Source: Spirochaetia bacterium | GTDB taxonomy: Bacteria > Spirochaetota > Spirochaetia > SP-2023 | Assembly (NCBI GenBank): GCA_965225855.1 | Contig: CBDDCK010000005.1 | Coordinates: 1,728,001 to 1,792,000 of the forward strand | Reading direction: 5' to 3' | DNA: 64,000 nt | Shown: positions 10,173-19,039 of the stretch, one piece after another | Layout of the letters: each line of letters opens with the position of its first letter | How positions within the stretch are numbered: position 1 is the stretch's first letter | Position numbers and translations under genes: made by a program | Notes under the pieces: model-generated | Database searches by the model: none | What the model saw: the letters and a program-made list of their open reading frames with translations, nothing else | What the model was told of the DNA's origin: nothing

Positions 10173-11603
10173 ATGCAAATAGCAAAATTTGGTGGGACGT
10201 CTTTGGCTAATACCCAAGCCATGATGCAAGTACTGAAAATTATTCAAGCAAAGCTGCAAAAATGTTCAACAAATATAACGCTAGTGTTATCGGCAATGGG
10301 TGGGGTTACCACAACATTGCAGGATTTAGCGGTTCTCAGTTTCCATCATACTAAAAGCAATAGCGATATACGCAAAAAATTATTATTAAAAGAATTAAAG
10401 CCACTGCGAGACCAACATTTTGATACGGCTCAGGCACTATTAACAGAAGGTGCTTATTGCAGCTATTGTGTTTTTGCCGATGAGATTTTTGCCAACATTG
10501 ATTCCATCTTAGAAACCATCGCATTGCAAAATGAATTGACTATTGAATTGCAAGAACTTTTGCTGCCTCAAGGAGAGCTATTATCTTCTAAGCTATTTGC
10601 TCTATATTTGGAAGATAGCGGGATCGATAGTGCATGGTTTGATAGCCGTCATTTTATTATCAGTAAAAAATATAGCGACCGAACAGATGTCGATTTAAAG
10701 GCTTGCCGTGCCAACTGCAGTGCAGTGCGAAAGCAATTGCGCAAAGTAAATGTTTTTCCTGGCTTTATTGCCTCTACTCCTAACGGGCGTACTACCGTAT
10801 TGGGGCGAAATGGTAGCGATTATTCTGCAACTATTTTGGCTTATGCTTTGGAAGCGGTGCTGGTGGAGATTTGGACCGACGTCAGTGGCATTTTGACAAC
10901 AGACCCTCGTATCGTGCCAGAAGCCACCATCATACCGGAAATGAATATTGAAGAAGCTATGGAAATGGCTTATTTTGGGGCGAAAGTAATTCATTCGCAA
11001 ATGTTATTGCCCTTGATTCATTACCCTTGCCCCGTGCGTATTTGTAATACTTTTCAGCCAGAAGAACCCGGCACCATGATTTGGGCAAAAAACTCGAGTG
11101 GAAAGCGTTTGCTAACTGCGATTAGTTATGTCGATGATGCTAGCTTGCTTTTACTAGATGGTATGTTTCTTAGTTCGGTTAAATTTTTATCGCGTGTGTT
11201 TCAAGCTTTTGAGCAAAATAAAGTAGAACCCATTATGATAATACGGGTAACAGCAGATAATAAACTTTGCCTCTCCATTTATAAAAGCCAAATAGAAATG
11301 GCGATTTTAGCCATTTCCAATGAATTTGAGCGCGAATTGAATAATGGCGATTTTGCTCCTCCTACAGAGGAACCGGATATTAGTATTATTTCTATTATAG
11401 GGGAGCAGATGCGCGGTAAAGTTGGTACAGTAGGGGGGATATTTAGTGGTTTGGCTGAATTGGGTATTAATATTTTAGCAATAGGACAAGATGTTACGGA
11501 AAACAATATTTCTTTTATTATTAAGCAGAAAGATCAAGGAAAAACTATACGGTTTTTGCATCATAATTACCTTGGCAAACGCCCTGTGGATATGGTAGAT
11601 TAG
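10173..11603 (+). CDS. lysC: aspartate kinase with ACT domains
   Basis: KFGGTS, LSAMGGVT, LGRNGSDYSA and WTDVSG..TTDPR motifs; C-terminal ACT domain; no homoserine dehydrogenase domain. Confidence 0.92.
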   Translation: MQIAKFGGTSLANTQAMMQVLKIIQAKLQKCSTNITLVLSAMGGVTTTLQDLAVLSFHHTKSNSDIRKKLLLKELKPLRDQHFDTAQALLTEGAYCSYCVFADEIFANIDSILETIALQNELTIELQELLLPQGELLSSKLFALYLEDSGIDSAWFDSRHFIISKKYSDRTDVDLKACRANCSAVRKQLRKVNVFPGFIASTPNGRTTVLGRNGSDYSATILAYALEAVLVEIWTDVSGILTTDPRIVPEATIIPEMNIEEAMEMAYFGAKVIHSQMLLPLIHYPCPVRICNTFQPEEPGTMIWAKNSSGKRLLTAISYVDDASLLLLDGMFLSSVKFLSRVFQAFEQNKVEPIMIIRVTADNKLCLSIYKSQIEMAILAISNEFERELNNGDFAPPTEEPDISIISIIGEQMRGKVGTVGGIFSGLAELGINILAIGQDVTENNISFIIKQKDQGKTIRFLHHNYLGKRPVDMVD

Positions 11604-14455
11604 TGGAAAATTATTATAACAATCGTGCCTATGTTGTCGGTTTGGAAATTTTCTTTCTCAACAAGTTGTATAAACTGCGGCACAATATCCTTGCAAAATA
11701 TTTAGAGCAAATTCAGTTAGCTGCTGCTAAGTTTGACTTGGACTATGAAGAATATATAGAATCGAGTTACATACTGTTTAAAACAAAAAACACACGATTG
11801 AGTAGTTTAATTAAAGTATTAAAATTTGCTTTGAAGTTAAAAGAAGTTTTTACAGATTCTAAGAGTATTTTTGAATTTAATATTTTAATATTTAAGACAA
11901 GTATGAATTCTCGATTGATTACGCAAAAAATCCGTAATTATGTACTTAAAATTCCTTCTGATAATAAAGTATGGTTATTATCAGAACATAACCCTGTTAT
12001 CAATTACAATGCTCAGTTATCCGCTTGCGATCAAAATATCCAAGAAGTTTTAGCCATTACGGAAAGGCATTCCCAACAAAATTTATTGGAAAAACTTCAA
12101 GAAGAAATTTTGCTTCATGTTGACCTAATTCATATTGTCAATAAATATTTAGAAAACAAACAAACATGTATTGTGGGGATTTTGGGCAAACCGAATACAG
12201 GGAAAACAGCATTTTTAAAATGGTTTTGTCGTCAAAATAAAATGATGAGATTTGTTTATTTAACAGCACATAGTCCATATCAAGAAGCATGTTATCCATT
12301 TGTGATGTTGTTGTACCAAATGAAAAAATATTTTTCCCCTTGTTTTCGAGATAGCCAAAAAGAGCGGCTGGAAAATCTACTACAACAAATCCAATTAACC
12401 AATGTATTGAATTATAAACAGCTTGAAGTGGATATTTATGATTTACTGCAATATTTAGCAGAGCAAAGCAATGTCGTTCTAGCTTGTGATAATTTAGATA
12501 ATTGGCCTATCGAATCTGTAGAATTATTGAAATTGCTCTACCAAAAACTAAGTGATGCTAAAATCCCATTGAAACTGGTTTGTAACATGACGGGGGATTA
12601 TTATCCCATGATAATAGATGAGACTATTCATTTCCCTCAGCAATATTTTGAACGTATCAGTGGTAATAATGGGCAGAGGCCTATTCCATCTTTGGTTAAA
12701 TGCGGGCTTTCGATTAAGGAAAAGCTTTTGGCTATATTGCCTAGCGAAAGAAAAGATATACGCAAGTATTCCAATTTTGGGACTTTATTGATGGAAGGAT
12801 TGAAAAAACAAGAATTGATTATTTTAGCCATTATTCAAAAATATCCCTATGTTTTTAATCACAAAATATTAGCAGAAGTTTTTCAAGACTCGATAATTTA
12901 TGAAATAGTTGATCATTTATTGGACTATTACTTTTTATTAGAAGTAAAAGACCATTTCGGTAGGCATTTATTTTGTGTCTTAAATAATGGAATGTACTCC
13001 CTAGATATTGATATACCCCCCCATATTAAAAATAATATAATCAACTATTTTCAGCATGAAATTTCTTATGCCAAAGCAAACATCTATTCTCTATACATAT
13101 TAGCTCAAAATAATATTTTCTTTTATGAAATTTTGGAATACTATCTTTATCAAATGTTGTCTTATGGATTTCCTAAAACAGTACAACATTTTATCAATAG
13201 TAATATTTTCCAAGATTATGACTCTTCAATCAAAATATGGGATTTGATGTATAAAAAAAGCCGAGCTGATTTAATTCAGTTTCAAGATTTTTTTGGCAAT
13301 TATGCGTTAGATAAAAGTAACATCCGTTTTATGTTGCCTCTATCTTATTATTACTATGATATTTCAGATTATGAAAAGGCATTGGAAATAAATAGAGAAT
13401 CAATTTATTTGTTTAATAATAATCCGCTATACAGTATTTATATTAACAAGGTCTTTTTTATTCAGGCTAAAATATTTATTGCAAAATGTATGTTTAAAGA
13501 AGCTATTGAGTATATCAATATCGGGCAAGAATCTTTACAACATGAAAGGTCGTCTCCTCTATTTTATCAATTTATTTATTTAAAAGTACTTTGCTTGTTT
13601 TTTGAGAAAGAATTACATTCTGCAATTTCTATTATTGAAAAATATAATTTCAATGAATATTTAGAATTATATGGAGAAATAGAAAGTTATTTTCAAATTC
13701 AATTGCTAATTATGAGAATATATTTTGAAATCGGTGAATACATGATGGCAAAAGAAATATTGATAAGATTGATCGATTTGGCAGAATATTATCATTATGA
13801 AAAATATTTTCAGTCAATCAGCTGTTGGGTAGCAAGGCTCTATTTTTATGCAGGAGATTTTCAGCAAGGGTTTGGATTTATAGAATCTATAGAGGATTGT
13901 GAAGAGAAATTATATTTTTTGAGTGAAGGCTATTATTTTTCTGGTGGGAAATCCAAGGCACTCCAGTATGCAGTATTAGCTTTAAAGTTATCTCTTGGAA
14001 AATCTGCAGAAAGAAAAAATGTAGGTTCTAAGGAGTTTGATAATATTTATTCTCTTCAAGAAGGTGTTTTACTTTGCTGTGATGGCAAAAAAGACCCATT
14101 GTTAGTTTCTATAAAAGGTATAGCTGCTTATTTCCATACTTTTTATGGAAATAAAGATACGGCGAATAAAATATTAAATCAAATTACAGAGCGACCATCT
14201 GCAGTATTTAGCCCATTTCAGCATATTTTCCATTATTTTTATTATTTGTATTTAAATGAGCATTCTGAAAATAATAATCGCGAAGATATTTTATATTTGA
14301 GTTATGCTATTTCTATATTACAAAATGAGTCTTCAAAAATTTTAAATACGAAAATCCGCTATCATTATATATATAAAAATTATTGGAATAATCTACTTTC
14401 TAAAAAAGGTGAAGAGCATAACTTGTTGATTTTAGGTAATTCTCGCTCTAGGTAA
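11603..14455 (+). CDS. large P-loop NTPase + TPR-like helical protein
   Basis: Walker A GKPNTGKT, Walker B-like VVLACDNLD, and a Tyr-rich helical-repeat C-terminal half. Confidence 0.6.
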   Translation: MENYYNNRAYVVGLEIFFLNKLYKLRHNILAKYLEQIQLAAAKFDLDYEEYIESSYILFKTKNTRLSSLIKVLKFALKLKEVFTDSKSIFEFNILIFKTSMNSRLITQKIRNYVLKIPSDNKVWLLSEHNPVINYNAQLSACDQNIQEVLAITERHSQQNLLEKLQEEILLHVDLIHIVNKYLENKQTCIVGILGKPNTGKTAFLKWFCRQNKMMRFVYLTAHSPYQEACYPFVMLLYQMKKYFSPCFRDSQKERLENLLQQIQLTNVLNYKQLEVDIYDLLQYLAEQSNVVLACDNLDNWPIESVELLKLLYQKLSDAKIPLKLVCNMTGDYYPMIIDETIHFPQQYFERISGNNGQRPIPSLVKCGLSIKEKLLAILPSERKDIRKYSNFGTLLMEGLKKQELIILAIIQKYPYVFNHKILAEVFQDSIIYEIVDHLLDYYFLLEVKDHFGRHLFCVLNNGMYSLDIDIPPHIKNNIINYFQHEISYAKANIYSLYILAQNNIFFYEILEYYLYQMLSYGFPKTVQHFINSNIFQDYDSSIKIWDLMYKKSRADLIQFQDFFGNYALDKSNIRFMLPLSYYYYDISDYEKALEINRESIYLFNNNPLYSIYINKVFFIQAKIFIAKCMFKEAIEYINIGQESLQHERSSPLFYQFIYLKVLCLFFEKELHSAISIIEKYNFNEYLELYGEIESYFQIQLLIMRIYFEIGEYMMAKEILIRLIDLAEYYHYEKYFQSISCWVARLYFYAGDFQQGFGFIESIEDCEEKLYFLSEGYYFSGGKSKALQYAVLALKLSLGKSAERKNVGSKEFDNIYSLQEGVLLCCDGKKDPLLVSIKGIAAYFHTFYGNKDTANKILNQITERPSAVFSPFQHIFHYFYYLYLNEHSENNNREDILYLSYAISILQNESSKILNTKIRYHYIYKNYWNNLLSKKGEEHNLLILGNSRSR

Positions 14456-14457
14456 GA

Positions 14458-15279
14458 TTGATGCTTGTTATTAAATGTGGTGGTGCTAGTTTGCCAAAAT
14501 TAAGCCAGAGTTTTGCTGAATTTGTGGATATTTGGTATAGGCGGGAGTCTGTTGTGCTCGTTCATGGTGGTGGCCCAGCTATCAATGAGTTAGAGCAAAA
14601 ATTGTGTTTGTCTCCTCAATTTAGCCATTGTGGCCGGCGGATTACCAATACAGAAACCCTCGATGTTGTTATTCAAATTATTTGTGGTAAAATAAATAGC
14701 TGGTTAGTATCGTTGCTTGTAACTAGTGGAGTGCCAGCTTTTGGGCTATCTGGTTTCGATGGTGGTTTGTTGCGGGCCAAACTGAAAGATTATCATTCAT
14801 TAGGTTGGGTTGGGGAAATAGTTGAGGTTCGGACTGAAATATTGGAAAATCTTTGTCAGCAAGGTTTTTTACCTGTAGTTGCTCCCGTATCTTTACAAAT
14901 GGCTGGAGTAAATAGCGAAAAAAATAGTTTTATATCTCCAAGAAATTTACTAAATGTAAATGCTGATGATGCTGCTATTGCTATTGCTATTGCATTGGGT
15001 GCTAAAAATATGGTTTTCATTAGCGACATACCGGGAATTTTGAATAGAGAAAAAAAATTACAAACCGATGTAAGTGAATTACAAATTAAAGAAATGATTG
15101 GATCCGGTGAGATATATGGAGGAATGATTCCAAAAGTAAAAGGGGCGCTGGCCGTGTTAAAAGATAAGCGCAATTCTTTAGAGAAAGTGTATATTATTGA
15201 TGGAACTGCAAGTTCATTACTGCATGGCTATTCTTCTGATTTATTCGAGTGCCTTAGAGGAACGTGTATTCATTTGTGA
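14458..15279 (+). CDS. argB: acetylglutamate kinase
   Basis: IKCGG, VHGGGP, NVNADD and GGMIPKV motifs. Confidence 0.95.
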   Translation: MMLVIKCGGASLPKLSQSFAEFVDIWYRRESVVLVHGGGPAINELEQKLCLSPQFSHCGRRITNTETLDVVIQIICGKINSWLVSLLVTSGVPAFGLSGFDGGLLRAKLKDYHSLGWVGEIVEVRTEILENLCQQGFLPVVAPVSLQMAGVNSEKNSFISPRNLLNVNADDAAIAIAIALGAKNMVFISDIPGILNREKKLQTDVSELQIKEMIGSGEIYGGMIPKVKGALAVLKDKRNSLEKVYIIDGTASSLLHGYSSDLFECLRGTCIHL

Positions 15280-15379
15280 TATTTTCAAAAATTTATTATT
15301 TATTGTATATTACAAATTTTTGAATTCTAATAGCCCTAATTGGCTTCCCGTATTTACCAAGGCTATAATTGGCAAAAGC

Positions 15380-15450
15380 AGCCTTAATAAAAAAATTTAC
15401 AGCCTTGACAAAAAAATTTGTAGCCTTAATAAATTTTTTTCCAGCCTTGG
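15380..15450. repeat. degenerate 21-bp tandem repeat (AGCCTT...AAAAAAATTT) flanked by CCAAGGCTATAATTGGC direct repeats
   Basis: agccttaataaaaaaatttac / agccttgacaaaaaaatttgt / agccttaataaatttttttcc; related sequence at ~20376-20425 and ~53400-53480. Confidence 0.7.
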
Positions 15451-15525
15451 TATTTTCTCCATACCAAGGCTATAATTGGCCAATGCAAGCATTGCAACAA
15501 CAAGATACAGCCTAATAAGCCCAAC

Positions 15526-15569
15526 AAAAAAGCCAACCAAGCATTGCTTACCGCATTTACTTGGTTGGC
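15526..15569 (-). terminator. rho-independent terminator of the 15620-18109 lipoprotein gene
   Basis: GCCAACCAAG/CTTGGTTGGC stem followed by T6 on the minus strand. Confidence 0.7.
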
Positions 15570-15619
15570 CGCCAGCCAGCTTTCACTTAGCTGCTATAAG
15601 AGCTATTGGGCAAGCGCAG

Positions 15620-18109
15620 TCAAAAATTATTAACAATAATATAATTTAATGTTGTGTCTGCTGGACTACCAATTACAAATCCTGCTGCTGCTTCAAGGTT
15701 GTATTGACCATTAGCATTTTGAGCACCAATCGTATCAAGTATAGCATTGGCTTTGGCTTTTTCAGTACCGCTTAAAGTAATCGTTAAGCTGCCTCTACTT
15801 GCACGAGAACCTGTGGCTCTGTTTTCACCTACAGTTGAGTGCCGTGGTAATGTGTATTTCTTCTTACCATCACCGGATACAATCGTCAATTTGCTGAAGT
15901 CCCACTCTTCAACTGTTGTCGGTAAATTACTACCGTAAATCACTAACACGCCTGTACGATAATTGTATGATAAGTTATTGATTATGGCTACACGCCTACC
16001 ACTAACGGTAATAGGGTTATTGCTTGTGTCTGCTGCCCTACCACCGGCAAATCCTGCTGCTGCTTCCAGGTTGTATGCACCAGTATCATCACTATCACCA
16101 TTCTTAACCAATATATCTATGGCTTTCGTGAATTCACTACTATTTAAAGTAATCGTTAAGCTTGTTGCACTTGCTGCAGAACCTTCGGCTCTGCCTTTAT
16201 TAAAGGGCCAGGGGGGTAATGTCAATCTCTTAGTACCATCACCGGATACAAGCGTCAATTTGCTAAAGTCCCAGCCTGTAACTGCTTTTGGTAAATTGAC
16301 ACCTGTAATCACTAACACGCCTGTAACAACATTGTAGGTTGCACTGGTAATTGCGGGTGGGTTTCCACTAACGGCCAAGGCTTTGGCTGTATCTAAACCC
16401 GCCCAAGCACCAGTGCCAACGCTAAGCAACCCATCTTTTAGACCATTGCTATCCATACCTGTTTTGCCATTCAGAGTAGCTTTATCGGCATCGGTAAGTT
16501 TCAGCCAAAGCGCTGTGCCAGCGCTATGCAGGCGGTACTTACCTTTTGCAAGACCGCGACTATCTGGCCCAGTGGCTGTGGCATCTGCAATATAGGAACT
16601 TAAGGCTAGGCCATCTACCACGATGGTTTGGATTTGGGCTTGGGTCGCACTACCTAAGTCAGTACCTTGTACAGTTAACAGCGCCGTGCCAACATTGTAG
16701 CTTGCACGGGTAATTGCGGGGTTACCACTAACGGCCAAGGCTTTGGCTGTATTTAAACCCGCCCAAGCACCAGTGCCAACGCTAAGCAACCCATCTTTTA
16801 GACCATTGCTATCCATACCTGTCTTGCCATTCAGAGTAGTTTTATGTCGATCGGTAAGGTAAAGCCAAAGCTCTGTGCCAGCGCTATGCAGGCGGTACTT
16901 ACCTTTTGCAAGACTGCGACTATCTGGCCCAGTGGCTGTGCCATCTGCAGTATAGGAACTTAAGGCTAAGCCATCTACCGTGATGGTTTGGATTTGGGCT
17001 TGGGTCGCACTACCTAAGTGAGTACCTTGTACAGTTAGCAGAGCCGTGCCAACATTGTAGCTTGCACCGGTAATTGTAGCTTCGGGGTTTCCACTAACGG
17101 CCAAGTCTTTGGCTGTATCTAAACCCGCCCAAGTACCAGTGCCAACGCTAAGCAACCCTTCTCTTAGACCATTGCTATCCATACCTGTCTTGCCATTCAG
17201 AGTAGTTTTATGTTGATCGGTAAGGTAAAGCCAAAGCGCTGTGCCAGCGTTTGCAATGCGGTATTTACCTTTTGCAAGACCACGACTATCTGGCCCAGTG
17301 GCATCGTCATCTGCAGTATAGGAACTTAAGGCTAAGCCATCTACCGTAATGGTTTGGATTTGGGCTTGGGTCGCAGTTGTAGCACTTAAGTGAGTACCTT
17401 GCAAGGTTAACAGCGCCGTGCCAACATGGTAGGTTGCACGGGTAATTGCAGCTTCGGGTAGTTCAGGCGACTCTTCTTCGACTTCTTCAGCTTGTTCGAC
17501 TTCAGTTTGCTTAGGCGACTCTTCTTCAGCTTGTTCGACTTCAGTTTGCTTAGGCGACTCTTCTTCAGCTTGTTCGTCTTGTTCGTCTTCTTCAGCTTGC
17601 TTAGATGGCTGATTGTCATCGGATACTTTAGACTGCTTATTTTCGGGTACATTCCTAACGTCCAAGTCTTTAGGTGTATTTAAACCCGCCCAAGCACCAG
17701 AGCCAACGCTAAGCAACCCATCTTTTCTACCATTGCTACCCACCTTGGCCTCAAGAACAGCTTTATGTCGATCGGTAAGTCTAAGCCAAATCGCTGTGCC
17801 ATCGCTTTTAATACGGTACTTACCTTGTTCAAGACCGTTACTATCTGGCCCAGTGGCTGGGTCATCTGCAGTATAGGAATCTAAAGCTATGCCATCTACT
17901 ACGATGGTTTGGATTTGGGCTTCTGTAGGACTTAAGTCAGTACCTTGTACGGTTAACAGAGCCGTAGCAAAGTCGTAGATGGCATTATTGATAGACGGCC
18001 CAGAAGATGGCCCAGAAGATCGATCATCGTCATCGGGTGGTGCGCAGGCCAAGGCCATAAAGGCCAGTAGCAGTGCTACAGGCAATAAAAATAGTTTGAG
18101 CTTATACAT
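15620..18109 (-). CDS. modular surface lipoprotein, 4 type-A + 2 type-B ~120-aa beta-rich repeats (adhesin-like)
   Basis: GGAGG RBS, ATG 18109 and lipobox MALAC; near-identical internal DNA repeats; E/Q-rich linker. Confidence 0.85.
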   Translation of the reverse strand: MYKLKLFLLPVALLLAFMALACAPPDDDDRSSGPSSGPSINNAIYDFATALLTVQGTDLSPTEAQIQTIVVDGIALDSYTADDPATGPDSNGLEQGKYRIKSDGTAIWLRLTDRHKAVLEAKVGSNGRKDGLLSVGSGAWAGLNTPKDLDVRNVPENKQSKVSDDNQPSKQAEEDEQDEQAEEESPKQTEVEQAEEESPKQTEVEQAEEVEEESPELPEAAITRATYHVGTALLTLQGTHLSATTATQAQIQTITVDGLALSSYTADDDATGPDSRGLAKGKYRIANAGTALWLYLTDQHKTTLNGKTGMDSNGLREGLLSVGTGTWAGLDTAKDLAVSGNPEATITGASYNVGTALLTVQGTHLGSATQAQIQTITVDGLALSSYTADGTATGPDSRSLAKGKYRLHSAGTELWLYLTDRHKTTLNGKTGMDSNGLKDGLLSVGTGAWAGLNTAKALAVSGNPAITRASYNVGTALLTVQGTDLGSATQAQIQTIVVDGLALSSYIADATATGPDSRGLAKGKYRLHSAGTALWLKLTDADKATLNGKTGMDSNGLKDGLLSVGTGAWAGLDTAKALAVSGNPPAITSATYNVVTGVLVITGVNLPKAVTGWDFSKLTLVSGDGTKRLTLPPWPFNKGRAEGSAASATSLTITLNSSEFTKAIDILVKNGDSDDTGAYNLEAAAGFAGGRAADTSNNPITVSGRRVAIINNLSYNYRTGVLVIYGSNLPTTVEEWDFSKLTIVSGDGKKKYTLPRHSTVGENRATGSRASRGSLTITLSGTEKAKANAILDTIGAQNANGQYNLEAAAGFVIGSPADTTLNYIIVNNF
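17465..17600 (-). repeat. in-frame 39-bp VNTR (EQAEEESPKQTEV) in the lipoprotein linker
   Basis: Two exact 13-aa units plus partial units are visible in DNA and protein. Confidence 0.85.
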
Positions 18110-18172
18110 AAGCAATACCTCCAACAATGGATAAAGATTAACCAACCCATACGGGCTAGTCTGTAAATCCCC

Positions 18173-18199
18173 ATTTTGCTAGGGGGGGTGTTGCGTCAA
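18173..18199 (-). promoter_or_regulatory. promoter TTGACG-15-CAAAAT with a C7 tract in the spacer
   Basis: Plus strand reads attttg ctagggggggtgttg cgtcaa; identical copy at 55642-55668. Confidence 0.55.
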
Positions 18200-18299
18200 G
18201 GCCTATACAAGCTTTTTGTAAGTTTTTTTATGTTTGGGCACTTTTTTTGTGTGTTAGTGTTGTAAGGTGGTTCAAAATCCATGCCAATCAAAAGGCTTG

Positions 18300-18535
18300 A
18301 GGGTATGCGATAGCAGGCGCAACGCCAACCATGCCAACCATTGGGCGGTATCAATATATCGCAGTTGGGGTCATCGGCCCGCAATATATAGCCAGATATT
18401 GTGCAAGTCGTCTAAAATGCCAGCATTGACGCTGTGGGCTACGGTGAAAGAATGGACATACTGGCCCTATTTGAGGTCGTCCCAGTTTTGGCTTTTTACG
18501 ATGTTTTTGGGTTTTAGCAAGTCTATGGCCTGCTT
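18300..18535 (-). pseudogene. Mu-like phage minor head protein (gpF) remnant
   Basis: KQAIDLLKPK..QNWDDLK*GQYVHSFTVAHSVNAGILDDLH (TAG at 18467-18469) joined out of frame to GYILRADDP..PPNGW(HGW)RCAC; the middle of the gene is deleted. Confidence 0.7.
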
Positions 18536-18555
18536 ATTTTTATGGTTTTTAGTGC

Positions 18556-18694
18556 CTTGCTATGATATAACTTTCCGCCTTCGATCAATACCTTACTCCA
18601 ATGTGGATCAAGGCCTTGATCCAAGTTGGAAAGTTATATTGCACCAATGCGGAACAAGACTTTATACCAAGGCGGAAAGCTATATTGCAGCAAG
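18556..18694. mobile_element. MITE-like element with 26-bp imperfect terminal inverted repeats
   Basis: cttgctatgatataactttccgcctt ... aaggcggaaagctatattgcagcaag (4 mismatches); internal perfect 20-bp palindrome at 18604-18623. Confidence 0.4.
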
Positions 18695-18971
18695 ACAGGC
18701 GATGACTTGTAGATTGGCATCGGCAAACCAATTGCCCAATTGCGTTTGTATGGCTATTTCGGTTTGTTGCTTTGGATTGTTGGTTGGGGCTGGGGCAGTT
18801 ATTGGGTGGGGACGGTGGGGTGGTGCTTGGGGGTGGGGCAGTGATTGGTTTGGTGTTGGGGTGGGCTAACACCCAACAAGCGTAATGCATATTATATGGT
18901 AGTGGAGATACAGAAAGTAATTGGGTTTATGTATATGTTAGATAGTTCATTGATTCACATTTTTCTCATAC

Positions 18972-19000
18972 AGGCAGTTTCTTACGAAACCGCCTTTTTT
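18972..19000 (+). terminator. rho-independent terminator-like hairpin
   Basis: AGGCAGTTTC-TTAC-GAAACCGCCT followed by a T-run on the plus strand. Confidence 0.55.
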
Positions 19001-19039
19001 GTTTGGATTGCTGTTTTTTATTGTTTAGGTGTTTGTTAC

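Noticed and set aside
15620..18109. Diversity-generating retroelement target
   Set aside because: No reverse transcriptase is in the window, and differences between repeats are not confined to adenines.
18267..18890. ORFs of 200 aa (+) and 101 aa (-)
   Set aside because: They run through a phage remnant, inverted repeats and G-tracts, with no protein-like signal; probably spurious.
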